64,000 nt of DNA from Thermofilaceae archaeon (GCA_038727095.1 JAVYWK010000005.1:19340-83339), one strand, 5' to 3'; shown: positions 18,592-28,827, counted from the first letter of the stretch. Numbers and translations are program-made. The notes: generated by a model from the sequence alone, not told the origin.

Positions 18592-18635
18592 ACTCATTAA
18601 GTTAAATAATGAAATTATTTTTGAGGTGATTTTTC

Positions 18636-19472
18636 TTGAGTTTCGTACGCCGAGCGGCTCCGTACTTGCTGGTTCTTCCCAGTCTGGTCTACGCGCTCGT
18701 CTTCACGGGCTACCCTTTAGTCTACGTGCTTGGGATGGCCTTCAGCGGTAGGAATCCTGCGATTCTCGAAGTGATTTTCTCGCCCAGGCTCGGGGAAGCC
18801 GCCCTCTTTACGGCAGTTATTGTGGCTTCTGTGATTCCCGCTCAGCTGGCGCTGGCGATCTTTGCTTCGCTCTTCTTCCTGCAGAGCTTCAGGGGGAGGG
18901 ACCTGGTTTTATACATCTTCGTTATCCCACTAGCGGTGAGTGAGGTAGCTGCAGCCTTGCTCTGGTACACGATGCTCTCCTCCAGCGGCTTCCTCAATAA
19001 GGCGCTCATGAGGATAGGGCTCATCTCAAGACCCATCTACTTCTTCGGTTACCAGTTCAGGGATAGAACCCTACTAGCCATAGTTCTCACCGAGATCTGG
19101 AGGGCAACAGCGATCGTCTTCGTGATAATCTACGCGGGGCTCCAGATGATCAACAGGGAGTACCTTGAAGCTGCCGACGTTTTCGGGATGAGCTTCTGGC
19201 AGAAGCTGAGGTACGTGATCCTACCTCTGCTCAAACCCTCCATCCAGACAGCGCTCGTGATAAGAACCCTCTTCGCCCTTCAGATCGTCGGACCCATCTT
19301 CGTCCTCGGCGGCGAGTACATTCGGGTTCTGGCAACCGAGGTTGTCTACTGGTACTCCATGCGGCTGAACCCTGCCGTAGCCAGCGCGTGGGCTGTCTTA
19401 GTCGGAGCAGTCACCTTAGCGTTGGGCGGCCTATACATCAAGCTCCTCTCGCCCAAAGGGGTGATGCAATGA
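18636..19472 (+). CDS. Sugar ABC permease (MalF-like)
   Basis: EAA loop YLEAADVFGMS...ILPLLKP. Confidence 0.93.
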   Translation: MSFVRRAAPYLLVLPSLVYALVFTGYPLVYVLGMAFSGRNPAILEVIFSPRLGEAALFTAVIVASVIPAQLALAIFASLFFLQSFRGRDLVLYIFVIPLAVSEVAAALLWYTMLSSSGFLNKALMRIGLISRPIYFFGYQFRDRTLLAIVLTEIWRATAIVFVIIYAGLQMINREYLEAADVFGMSFWQKLRYVILPLLKPSIQTALVIRTLFALQIVGPIFVLGGEYIRVLATEVVYWYSMRLNPAVASAWAVLVGAVTLALGGLYIKLLSPKGVMQ

Positions 19473-20275
19473 TCAAGCGTTGGTTAACGTACATCGGGGC
19501 CCTCGCCATCGCTGTGTGGATCCTGCTGCCGATAGCGTACACAATCCTAGCTTCCTTCGCCGAGATCAGAGACTACTACGCGAGGGTTATACCGAGGAGT
19601 TACACCCTGAGGTACTACGAGGAGTACTTCAGGCTAGGAGTGCTTGATGCGCTCGTCAGGAGCGTCCAGGTTGGTTTAATCACCGTGGCTCTCAGCTTCA
19701 TTTTCGGCCTCCCCGCGGGCTACGCGATCGGCCGCTGGGCTTTCAGGGGAAGAGACACCCTAAGGATGGCCGTGATCTTCTTCCGAGTGTTCCCCGTTGC
19801 GGTGATGGCCGTCCCCTTGGCTGTCACGTACATTTCTCTGGGCCTCTACGATACGCTGCTGGGCATCGCGCTCGCCCACACGGCCGTAGCCCTGCCGTTC
19901 GTCATCCTGATAACCTCGAGCATCTTCATCAGCATTCCAAAGGATCTGGAGGAGGCGGGGCACGTCTTCGGCATGAGCAGGCTCAATGTCTTCCTCAGGA
20001 TCACACTCCCCCTGGCTGCGCCGGGCCTCGCGGCAGCCGCCATGTTCACCTTCCTGATCTCCTGGAACGAGGTGGTTGCAGCCACGATCTTGAGCTACGT
20101 GAACAGGACGCTTCCGGCGATGGTCCTATCGCCGTACGTCATTGGAACCGGTGGGGAGCTTCCAGACCCCTACAAGTTCGCAGCCGCGACGATCATGATC
20201 CTCCCGGCGCTGCTCTTTATGGCCTACGTTAGGAGGTACTTGATCACCATGTGGGGGGCTGCCGGGGTGAGGTAG
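19469..20275 (+). CDS. Sugar ABC permease (MalG-like)
   Basis: IPKDLEEAGHVFG...LPLAAPG, FLISWNE. ATG 19469 overlaps the upstream stop. Confidence 0.93.
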   Translation: MIKRWLTYIGALAIAVWILLPIAYTILASFAEIRDYYARVIPRSYTLRYYEEYFRLGVLDALVRSVQVGLITVALSFIFGLPAGYAIGRWAFRGRDTLRMAVIFFRVFPVAVMAVPLAVTYISLGLYDTLLGIALAHTAVALPFVILITSSIFISIPKDLEEAGHVFGMSRLNVFLRITLPLAAPGLAAAAMFTFLISWNEVVAATILSYVNRTLPAMVLSPYVIGTGGELPDPYKFAAATIMILPALLFMAYVRRYLITMWGAAGVR

Positions 20276-20276
20276 G

Positions 20277-21344
20277 GTGGTTCGGGTAAACCTCGAAGGA
20301 GTCACGAAAAGGTTCGGCAACGTCCTGGCGGTCGACAACGTCACATTGACCGTTGAGAGCGAAGAGTTCTTCGTCCTCCTCGGACCCTCAGGCTGCGGGA
20401 AGACAACGACGCTCAGGATTGTTGCTGGGCTTGAGACTCCCGACGCGGGCAGGGTGTTCTTCGATGGCGTTGACGTAACTCAGGTTCCGGCGAGAAAGAG
20501 GGAAGTGGCAATGGTGTTCCAGAGCTACGCCGTGTGGCCGCACATGAAGGTTTTCGAGAACATCGCTATGCCTCTGAGGATAAGGAAGCTTCCCGAGGGC
20601 GAGATCGCCGAGAGGGTGAAGAGGGTGGCGGAGATACTCCAGATAGACCACCTCCTCGACAGGTACCCGTTCCAGCTTTCGGGCGGCGAGAGGCAAAGGG
20701 TGGCGGTGGCTAGAGCCCTCGCCGTTGAGCCGAAGGTTCTGCTGATGGACGAGCCGTTGAGCAACCTGGACGCCCTGCTGAGGGTGACGGCTAGAGCGGA
20801 GCTGAAGAGGCTTCAGAAGAAGCTGAGGATCACGACGCTGTACGTCACGCACGACCAGGTCGAGGCGATGGTTCTAGCGGATAGAATCGCGGTGATGAAC
20901 AAGGGTAGGCTGGTGCAAGTGGGGACACCCGACGAAATCTATCGAGAGCCGATCCACCGGTTTGTTGCGCACTTCATCGGGTCTCCACCAATCAACTTCT
21001 TCGATGGAGTGATGCAGGAGGTTTGTATAGATGCCGGTTTCGCCAGGATCCCCGTCAACAACGTCCCAGAGGAATACGTTGGCAAGCAGGTTATCGTAGG
21101 AGTCAGGCCTGAGGACCTTAGCCTGCAGCCAGTCCCGAGGGGGTTGGAACTGAAGGGTGAACTCCTATTGATCGAAAACTTGGGGAACGAGTACATCCTT
21201 CACGTCGATGTTGGAGGTACCACCCTCCGAGTTTTGGCCAGGGAGAAGTCAACAAGGAGGGATGTTACGCTGTACCTCGATCCTGCGAACCTACACATAT
21301 TCGACAAAAGCACTGAGCTTAGAATACCCCTTCGATACAAGTGA
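20277..21344 (+). CDS. Sugar ABC ATPase (MalK-like)
   Basis: GPSGCGKT, LSGGERQR, DEPLSNLD, YVTHDQ, C-terminal TOBE (GVRPED). Confidence 0.96.
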   Translation: MVRVNLEGVTKRFGNVLAVDNVTLTVESEEFFVLLGPSGCGKTTTLRIVAGLETPDAGRVFFDGVDVTQVPARKREVAMVFQSYAVWPHMKVFENIAMPLRIRKLPEGEIAERVKRVAEILQIDHLLDRYPFQLSGGERQRVAVARALAVEPKVLLMDEPLSNLDALLRVTARAELKRLQKKLRITTLYVTHDQVEAMVLADRIAVMNKGRLVQVGTPDEIYREPIHRFVAHFIGSPPINFFDGVMQEVCIDAGFARIPVNNVPEEYVGKQVIVGVRPEDLSLQPVPRGLELKGELLLIENLGNEYILHVDVGGTTLRVLAREKSTRRDVTLYLDPANLHIFDKSTELRIPLRYK

Positions 21345-21613
21345 ATCTATAGGTCTAGATTTTTGATAGGCGGATTAGGCGCGACTGGTAAAACCTGAAA
21401 CTTTGTTTCCGCATTGGGCAAGTGGGTCCTGCATCCCCTGAAGCTTCAGCCGCGCTCAGGCCTATCCGGATGTAGCGACCAAGGTCACCTCTCAGTTGCA
21501 GCGCAGGGTTTTGGCGAGCGCCCGTCGACGGGTCAGGTATAACCTTCGCAGCGGCGGTGCTCACCCTCTTGATCCTGCACTCAGCTTTTATAGGCTGGGT
21601 TAGCGAACCCTCG

Positions 21614-23593
21614 ATGCTTGCCGCCGTCGATGTCGGCGGGACCTTCACCGACCTCCTGTACCTATCGCGCGACGGGCAGTTGGGTTTCCTCAAGATCCTC
21701 TCCACGCCGCGGGAGCCTGAGAGAGCGGTTGTCGAGGGGTTGAGAAGGATCGCCGCAAGAAGCCCGGTGAGGGAGGTCGTCCACGCCACGACGCTCGCCA
21801 CGAACGCGCTAAGGGGGCAGAGAGGGTTGGAGCTTCCCCGTACCGCCTTCGTCACAACGAAGGGTTTCAGGGATATCATCGAGATAGGGAGGCAGAATCG
21901 GCCCCGCCTCTACGACCTCTTCTTCGAGAAGCCTAGGCCGCTAGCCCCGAGGGAGCTGCGCTTCGAGCTCGACGAGAGGGTTGACGCGAGCGGCAGAGTT
22001 CTGAAGCCGTTGAGTCCGGCCGAGGTCGAGGAGCTGGGCCTGAAGCTGAGGGAGCTGGGCGTCGAGAGCGCAGCCGTCTGCCTCCTCCACTCCTACCTGC
22101 GCCCCGAGCACGAGGAGCTGGTTGGTAGGATCTTGTCGAAGCACGTTCGGTACATCTCGCTGTCCCACCGCGTCGCCCCGGAGCCGCGGGAGTACGAGAG
22201 GGCTTCAACGACCCTCGTCAACGCTGTGCTGCAACCTCTAGTCTCGAGGTACCTCACCAGCCTGGCGGGTGAGCTGGAGGGGATAGGAGTCAGGGGGCTC
22301 TACCTGATGTCGAGCAGCGGCGGGCTTGTGGACTCGAGGGAGGCGGCGGAGAGGCCGGTGCAGATCATCGAGAGCGGGCCCGCGGCCGGTGCTGTAGCCG
22401 CGGCGGAGTTGGCCAGGATGTTGGGCCTCGGCAGGGTCATCAGCTTCGACATGGGCGGCACGACGGCGAAGGCGGCCGTTGTGGCAAACGGCGGGGTGGA
22501 GGTTACGACGGAGTACGAGGTGGGAGGCGAGTCCCACCACGGCCGCGTAGTCAAGGGCTCCGGCTACCCGGTCAGGTTCCCGTTCATCGACTTGGCCGAG
22601 GTGTCCGCTGGGGGAGGGACCATCATCTGGAGGGATGAGGCGGGAGCCTTAGCGGTGGGCCCCGTAAGCGCGGGTTCGGAGCCTGGACCGGCCTGCTACG
22701 GTAGGGGCGGCCGCGAGCCGACGGTCACGGACGCGAACCTCGTGCTGGGTAGGCTCGGTGAAAGCCTGCTCGGCGGCAGCCTGCGCTTGGACAGGAGAGC
22801 CGCGGAGTCAGCCCTCTCCAGGCTCGGCGACCCGGCGGATGTGGCTGCCAGGGCCTTGGAGCTGATCAACCTGGAGATGGCGAGGGGTGTGAGGCTCGTC
22901 ACCGTGGAGAGGGGCTTCGACCCGGCGGACCACGTCCTCGTAGCCTTCGGGGGCGCTGGACCGCAGTTCGCAGCCTTTCTGGCGGAGGAGCTGGGGATCA
23001 GAGAGGTGCTTGTGCCACCCCACCCCGGCCTGTTCAGCGCGTGGGGTTTGCTCGCCGCGGACTGGAGGTTTGAGGCGAGAAGCGCCTACCCCGACCCTGA
23101 GGCGCTGGAGGAGACGTACAGGAGGATGGAGGAGTCGTTGATGGAGAAGCTCGGCCACGCCGATTACTTCGTTAGGAGCGCCGACGTCAGGTACAGGGGT
23201 CAGGGATGGGAGCTCACAGTGCCCGTGGGAAGGCCCGCGAGCCTCGAATCCGTGAAGCGAGCCTTCGAGGAGAAGCATGAGGCAACCTTCGGCTTTACGC
23301 TCGGGTTGGACGTGGAGATCGTCGTGGCCAGGGTCTTCGCGGTGAAGCTGAGGCCCAAGCCCGGGCTACCGCGGCCCCCGGCGGGCGAGCCGGTGAAGCC
23401 GGGTTCGAGGAGGGTCTTCTTTGAAGACGGGTGGGTTGAGACACCCGTTTACAGGAGGGAGAGCCTTCCGGTCGGCTTCGTGGGCGAGGGGCCGGCGATC
23501 GTTGAGGAGTACTCCTCCACGACCGTGGTGCCACCAGGGTGGGAGTTCAGCGTGGGTAAGCTCGGCGAGCTGAGGCTCGTTCGGGTGGGCTAG
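21614..23593 (+). CDS. Hydantoinase A / 5-oxoprolinase subunit A
   Basis: DVGGTFTD, HATTLATNA, ESGPAAG, DMGGTT, GPACYGRGG.EPTVTDA. ATG 21614. Confidence 0.95.
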   Translation: MLAAVDVGGTFTDLLYLSRDGQLGFLKILSTPREPERAVVEGLRRIAARSPVREVVHATTLATNALRGQRGLELPRTAFVTTKGFRDIIEIGRQNRPRLYDLFFEKPRPLAPRELRFELDERVDASGRVLKPLSPAEVEELGLKLRELGVESAAVCLLHSYLRPEHEELVGRILSKHVRYISLSHRVAPEPREYERASTTLVNAVLQPLVSRYLTSLAGELEGIGVRGLYLMSSSGGLVDSREAAERPVQIIESGPAAGAVAAAELARMLGLGRVISFDMGGTTAKAAVVANGGVEVTTEYEVGGESHHGRVVKGSGYPVRFPFIDLAEVSAGGGTIIWRDEAGALAVGPVSAGSEPGPACYGRGGREPTVTDANLVLGRLGESLLGGSLRLDRRAAESALSRLGDPADVAARALELINLEMARGVRLVTVERGFDPADHVLVAFGGAGPQFAAFLAEELGIREVLVPPHPGLFSAWGLLAADWRFEARSAYPDPEALEETYRRMEESLMEKLGHADYFVRSADVRYRGQGWELTVPVGRPASLESVKRAFEEKHEATFGFTLGLDVEIVVARVFAVKLRPKPGLPRPPAGEPVKPGSRRVFFEDGWVETPVYRRESLPVGFVGEGPAIVEEYSSTTVVPPGWEFSVGKLGELRLVRVG

Positions 23594-23594
23594 C

Positions 23595-24950
23595 TTGCCG
23601 TCGTGGGAGCTCATCCACAAGGCCACGGTCTTCATCGCGGAGGAGATGGGGGTCGCGCTGAAGCGGTCGGCGCTTTCCCCGAACATCAGGGAGCGGGTTG
23701 ATCTGAGCTGCGCCGTGGCCGACGGGGAGGGGAGGATCGTCGCTCAAGCGGAGCACATCCCGGTCCACCTCGGCTCCTTCAGGGTCTGCGTACGAAACGT
23801 GCTGGAGTGGCTCAGGAGGAGCGGCGTCGAGCTGGAGGAGGGTGACGCTCTGGTACTCAACGACCCGTACATTTCGGGTACCCACCTGAACGATGTTACG
23901 GTCATCGCCCCCGTCGTCAGCGGAGGCGAGGTCGTGGCGTACGTGGCCTGCAAGGCGCACCACGTCGACGTCGGCGGCCCCGCCCCAGGCAGCATCAACC
24001 CAGCGGCTAGGACGCTCTACGAGGAGGGCTTCATCGTGCCGCCCGTGAAGCTGGTCAGAAGGGGGTCGATCGACCGCGACCTGCTGGAGATGATAGCGGC
24101 CAACAGCAAGACGCCCCGGATCGTCGCGTGCGACCTCCGAGCGCAAGCCGCTGTGGTGCAGCTGGGGGTGAAGAGGGTGCTGGAGCTCATGGGGAGGTAC
24201 GGCTCGAGCCGAGTCCTCGAAGCCTGGTCCGAGTCGATCGAGTACGCGAGGGCCCTTGCCGCGAAGCGCATCTCCGGTTGGAGGGGCGGAGTGTACGAGG
24301 CCGAGGATTTTGTCGAGCTGGGTGAGGAGGACCTAGCGATAAGGGCGCGAGTCGAGATCCGCGGGGGCGGGGTCAGCGTGGACTTCACAGGCACCTCCAG
24401 CCAGGTGGAAGCCCCCCTCAACGCTGTGTTCGGGGTTACGTAGGCCGCGGGCTCGGGGACGATGATGAACGTAATGCTCGGCGGTGTGAGCGAGGGTGGC
24501 TACTGGGCCTACTACGAGACCGTCGGCGGCGGCACCGGAGCCAGGCCCTGCAGGGACGGGGTGAGCGGGGTCCACGTCAACATGACCAACACGCTGAACA
24601 CGCCGATAGAGGTCGCCGAGAGGAGCTACCCGATCCTCTACACCGCCTACAGGATTAGAGAGGGGAGCGGAGGGAGGGGTAGGTACAGGGGCGGGGACGG
24701 CATCGTGAGATCCTTCATCGCCCTGAAACCCTGCAGGCTCTCGATACTGGCCGACCGCTTCAGAAGAGGCCCCTACGGGCTCCGGGGAGGGGAACCGGGA
24801 GCACCAGGCAGAGTCACGATCAAGAAACGGGACGGAAGGGTGCTGGAGATGCCGAGCAAGTTCACCGTGGACTTAGAGGAGGAGGACGAAGTCGTTGTGG
24901 AGACTCCGGGAGGAGGGGGATGGGGATCGCCCGAAGGATATGAGGAATGA
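23595..24950 (+). pseudogene. Hydantoinase B / 5-oxoprolinase subunit B, split by in-frame TAG and an apparent internal deletion
   Basis: SPNIRERVD, HIPVHLG, GTHLND, HHVDVGG; TAG at 24441-24443, then in frame [10 protein letters not shown]...YYETVGGG...NTPIE...ETPGGGGWG. Confidence 0.8.
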
Positions 24951-25034
24951 GCCTTCTGGTATGCAAGGGTTCCATCGCGTTTGGAGAAGCCTCGTAGGCA
25001 GTAGATATTTAAAGGCTTTTTCGCTAGTGTTAGC

Positions 25035-26309
25035 ATGGCTAACTTTCGATTATCAAAAAGGATCTTAGCCTCGATAATATTGATGGGTTTTGCGGGACAG
25101 GTAGCTTGGACTGTCGAGAATCAATACTTTAACGTTTTTCTTTACAACGTCATAATTCCAGACCCTGCGTACGTGTCATATATGGTGGCTCTTAGCGCTG
25201 TCGTTGCAACCTTAACCAGCATACTGATTGGAGCCCTCAGCGATGCAAGGACAACCCGTTGGGGTAAAAGGAGACCCTACCTGCTTCTCTTTTCAGTTTG
25301 GGGTCTTGTGACTGGACTATTTCCTATGGCTGCTTGGTTGAGGCCTGCTGTTCTAGCAGCTTGGTTCGCAATTTTCTGGGATTGCCTGATGACCTTCTTC
25401 GGCTCTGCGGCGTACGACGCGAACTTCAACGCGTACGTTATAGATGTCACAACAGTCGAGAACAGGGGGAAGGTAATGGGTATCGTGTCTATTCTCGGAG
25501 GTCTCTCCTTGATCCTCATCTACGCTTTCGCCGGCTTATTCATCGAGATCTTCGGCTACTTCAACTTCTTCTACCTCGTTGGTGCCTTAACCGCTTCACT
25601 CGGCACGATTGGCGCACTACTGGCTGAGGAGCCCTCTGGGCCCCTTAGCGCACAGGGTAGCGTCCTAACCAGGATCAAGGAGAGTTTCAGCCCCGAGTTT
25701 ATCAGAAGGCATGCGAGCGTTTTCACCTTACTTCTAGCTAGCGGCATCGGAGGGGTTGGTTATCAAACCTTCTTTCCATACATCCTCATCTACATCCAGC
25801 ACTACCTTCAGTACCCGCTCGGACTTGCATCAATTCTAATATTCATCGCTCTACTAGTAGGGATGATCGCGGGCTTACTCTCTGGCTTCGCAGTAGATAA
25901 GTTCGGAAGGAAAAAGTTCGGTATTCTAACTCATGTCTTCGGTGTCCTGGCTCTTTACGCGTTCTCCTTTGCAAGACAAATCCACGAGACGCTAGCTCTC
26001 GGCATAGCTTGGGTTTCACTCCTGAGCTGCAGCGGCGTAGCTATCGGAACTTGGCTGAGGGACCTCTTCCCAGAAGAGAAGAGAGGGGAGTTCAGTGGCT
26101 ACAATATACTGTTCAATGTAGCGTTTACGATGATCCCAGGTCCAATGATAGGCAGCTGGCTCATACATCAATTCGGAGAAAGGAAGGTTATCAACGGTGA
26201 AGAAGCCATCATCCCAGCCCCCGTGATATTCCAAGCTGGCGCCCTCATTATGCTGCTCTCCGTCCCCCTCATGTTGAAGGTTAATGAAACCCTTCGAAAA
26301 ACGCCATGA
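25035..26309 (+). CDS. MFS transporter (glycoside/sugar type)
   Basis: GALSD..TRWGKRRPY, VDKFGRK, about 12 TM segments; lower GC than flanks. Confidence 0.92.
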   Translation: MANFRLSKRILASIILMGFAGQVAWTVENQYFNVFLYNVIIPDPAYVSYMVALSAVVATLTSILIGALSDARTTRWGKRRPYLLLFSVWGLVTGLFPMAAWLRPAVLAAWFAIFWDCLMTFFGSAAYDANFNAYVIDVTTVENRGKVMGIVSILGGLSLILIYAFAGLFIEIFGYFNFFYLVGALTASLGTIGALLAEEPSGPLSAQGSVLTRIKESFSPEFIRRHASVFTLLLASGIGGVGYQTFFPYILIYIQHYLQYPLGLASILIFIALLVGMIAGLLSGFAVDKFGRKKFGILTHVFGVLALYAFSFARQIHETLALGIAWVSLLSCSGVAIGTWLRDLFPEEKRGEFSGYNILFNVAFTMIPGPMIGSWLIHQFGERKVINGEEAIIPAPVIFQAGALIMLLSVPLMLKVNETLRKTP

Positions 26310-26410
26310 CAATAAAATCTTGATAAGCAGTAGTTCTAGGCATAACGGAATCAGCGCTGGACTCTCGACTCAATGAGAGATAAACCTCAAAGAAGTATTC
26401 GTGTGAACCC

Positions 26411-26428
26411 TTTTCCAATATTTTAAGG
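26411..26428 (+). repeat. 18-bp exact direct repeat, copy 2
   Basis: Identical to 8201-8218. Confidence 0.85.
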
Positions 26429-26443
26429 GTTAAGAATTCAAGA

Positions 26444-27391
26444 TTATACGAGGCCTAGGGTTTTCAGTGATTCAATGGCATAGAACGTGTATTCCAGACT
26501 TGATACGCCGTGCGTGGTTGTGCGGCGGAAGCCTCCGTTAGCGTTCTGCAAGCTTGAAACGTACCTTAAGTGGCTGCGCGCGTACCTCGGGGATGCCCCC
26601 AGCTTCTGCAGTGTTTTCAATCCGTAGTACAGGTTTTCAACAAAGTAGTTCCTGGAGTAGGGGGTTGCGCTGAATCCGCCGCTCTCGTTCTCGCACGCTA
26701 GAACCCACTTCACAGTCTCGGCCGGCGTGTCGAATCGGTGCAGCGCGCTCAAGCCCTTGACAGCCCAGTAGGTGTACTCAAGCTGGGGCACGGGGTGGCC
26801 GAACCCTCCACCGTTCCGGCTCTTGAGCATTGCGGCTGCGGCAGCTTCAGCGTAGCGATCCGCCGCGCCGCCGAGCCTGTCTAGCGCGAGGACGATCATT
26901 GAAACCCTGTTCAACCAGGGGGTGAAATCGGCCGGCGTAATGATGTAGGTGGCATCCTTCGATCGGAGGACGCCCTTCTCATCGATCAGCGGCTTCTCGT
27001 CGAGGAGGACCCGCGCGTGACCGTTCTGCTCCGCGAGGGTCGCCTCCAGGGCCTCGAGGAGGAAGCGGGCAGCCCCCTCCGGGTCAGCCGGCTTAGCGCC
27101 CAGTAGATCGAGAGCCAGCAGCGAGTTGTACGCTACTTCAACGCTCCTGTAGCCGCCCGACGGATCCTGTAGGCGCCTTAGGAATCCGATTGTAGCGTCG
27201 GCTTGCGGAGGATCAACCTTCAGCGTGGAGAGGATTGAGAGAGCGTAGAAGGTGTCCTCAGCCGACGATTCGAACATGTCCATGTACTGGAAGGAGAGGT
27301 AGCCGCCGTCGCTCCCCCGCTTCGATAGCACGTACTCGACCACCCCGTCGAGGTCAACCAGCGCGTACAAGCTCCCCGCCATTTCAAACAC
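26444..27391 (-). CDS. Prenyltransferase/squalene-oxidase repeat (alpha-alpha toroid) protein
   Basis: Repeated Q..xGG[FY] motifs (LQDPSGGY, CENESGGF, LQNANGGF) with TFYAL/TYWAV/TFYAI helices. Confidence 0.85.
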   Translation of the reverse strand: MFEMAGSLYALVDLDGVVEYVLSKRGSDGGYLSFQYMDMFESSAEDTFYALSILSTLKVDPPQADATIGFLRRLQDPSGGYRSVEVAYNSLLALDLLGAKPADPEGAARFLLEALEATLAEQNGHARVLLDEKPLIDEKGVLRSKDATYIITPADFTPWLNRVSMIVLALDRLGGAADRYAEAAAAAMLKSRNGGGFGHPVPQLEYTYWAVKGLSALHRFDTPAETVKWVLACENESGGFSATPYSRNYFVENLYYGLKTLQKLGASPRYARSHLRYVSSLQNANGGFRRTTTHGVSSLEYTFYAIESLKTLGLV

Positions 27392-28091
27392 CCAGGCTCG
27401 ACAAAAGCTCCCTCAGATCCTCATCCCCCAGCACGCGCAGGATGCTCAACCGACCCCCAAACCTCCGCCAGGAGGAGGCAACAGCCAGCTGAGGGTATCC
27501 ACCGCGCACGAGCTCCTGAACATCCACTTCAACGCCCACCACCTCCCCCTCGTAAACACTCCCGTAAACGGGGTGGACGGCTCTCGCCCTCTCCCTGAGG
27601 AAGCTCTTCGGCAGAACGAAGCGCAGCTCCCGGCGCTCACCCAGCCTAACCCTATTGAACTTGTAGGGGAGGATCACCGTATCGTCGCGCGGCAGGTAGA
27701 GGAGATCCACCATCCCGCTCACAGGCAGCACGCCGCGCGGTAGATCACCCACCCTCTCCTCCTCAACGAAGCGCAACCCCTTCACGCGCAGACGCTCAAC
27801 CTGCCCTACGGGAACCTCCTCCCGCATCCCGCTCACAACCCTCCCATACTCCCCCAACGCCTCGATCTCGAAGTCGCTCATCACGCCGTCCCCGCACCCG
27901 ACCCGAACCTCCCCCTCACCCACCTGGAAGTTCACGGCGAGAGGCCTCGCCTCAAGCAGCTGCAGAACATCCAGCCCGCCGGAACCCGGGGTTAAAAGGG
28001 CGCCTTTAGCAAGTTCTCTATCATCGACCAGCACCTCAACTGTCAACGCGGTCTTCAAAGCCTCGAAGACGCGGTGCGGAAGCAGTCTCAC
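27384..28091 (-). CDS. Hypothetical protein
   Basis: 235 aa, normal coding-like composition, overlaps the next gene by 8 nt, TATA (TTTAAATA) upstream; no motif recognised. Confidence 0.7.
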   Translation of the reverse strand: MRLLPHRVFEALKTALTVEVLVDDRELAKGALLTPGSGGLDVLQLLEARPLAVNFQVGEGEVRVGCGDGVMSDFEIEALGEYGRVVSGMREEVPVGQVERLRVKGLRFVEEERVGDLPRGVLPVSGMVDLLYLPRDDTVILPYKFNRVRLGERRELRFVLPKSFLRERARAVHPVYGSVYEGEVVGVEVDVQELVRGGYPQLAVASSWRRFGGRLSILRVLGDEDLRELLSSLGV

Positions 28092-28183
28092 AGATACCGG
28101 TGTAACGGCTGTTACAATACACTATTTAAAGCTTTCCATTCAGCCGTCAAACCCTTAACCCAGGCAGCCGCAGAGTACTCGTC

Positions 28184-28717
28184 ATGAAGGAAGGGAAGCT
28201 GCTTATCATCCTGTACGAAGTCCCCGAGGAGCCGTCAAGATTCAAAGTCCGAGTCTGGAGGAAGCTGAGAGGGTTGGGGGGAGTGTACCCCCGCCTCTCG
28301 CTCTGTCTGCTACCCGACACTAGGGAGGTGAGGGAAGCCCTAGCTGGAGTGCTGAGGGAAATCAGGGAGTACGGTACCGCCATCGTAATTGAGGGTAAAG
28401 CATCCAGCGGAGACGACACCTCCCAGCTCCAGAGCCTGCTCGCACTAGTGAAGGAGAGGGAGTATAGGGAAATCCTCGAGGAGTGCGACGAGTTCCTCAA
28501 CGAGATAAGAGAGAACATCGAGAAAGGAAACGTGACGCAAGAGGAAGCGGAAGAGCTGGAGAAGATCCTCGAAGCGTTGAAGAAGTGGTACCAGCAGGTG
28601 CGCAACAGCGACTGGATCGGAGCAAAAGCCGGGGATGAAGTAGATAAGAAGCTGAGGGAGTGTGAGAAAGCTCTTGAAGAGTTCACCTCCCTATGCCTAA
28701 GAAACCTAAAATGGTAA
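28184..28717 (+). CDS. ChrB N-terminal domain protein
   Basis: LLIILYEVPEEPSRFKVRVWRKLRGLGG...LLP, EYREILEECDEF, LKKWYQQVRNSDW. Confidence 0.8.
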   Translation: MKEGKLLIILYEVPEEPSRFKVRVWRKLRGLGGVYPRLSLCLLPDTREVREALAGVLREIREYGTAIVIEGKASSGDDTSQLQSLLALVKEREYREILEECDEFLNEIRENIEKGNVTQEEAEELEKILEALKKWYQQVRNSDWIGAKAGDEVDKKLRECEKALEEFTSLCLRNLKW

Positions 28718-28827
28718 AAGTTTAAAAGTGGAGAAGAGCATAAGCTGCTGGAAAAAATCTTAAAATGATAATTTTATCTCGACACTATAGCTTCACTTAG
28801 AAGAAACTTGCTGGTTGGTGGAGTGGG

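Noticed and set aside
21355-21600. ORF-like GC-rich spacer between malK-like and hyuA-like genes
   Set aside because: No motif, RNA structure or credible start identified
24441-24443. Pyrrolysine or programmed amber readthrough
   Set aside because: No pyl genes in the window, the position corresponds to a Tyr codon, and an adjacent conserved segment is missing
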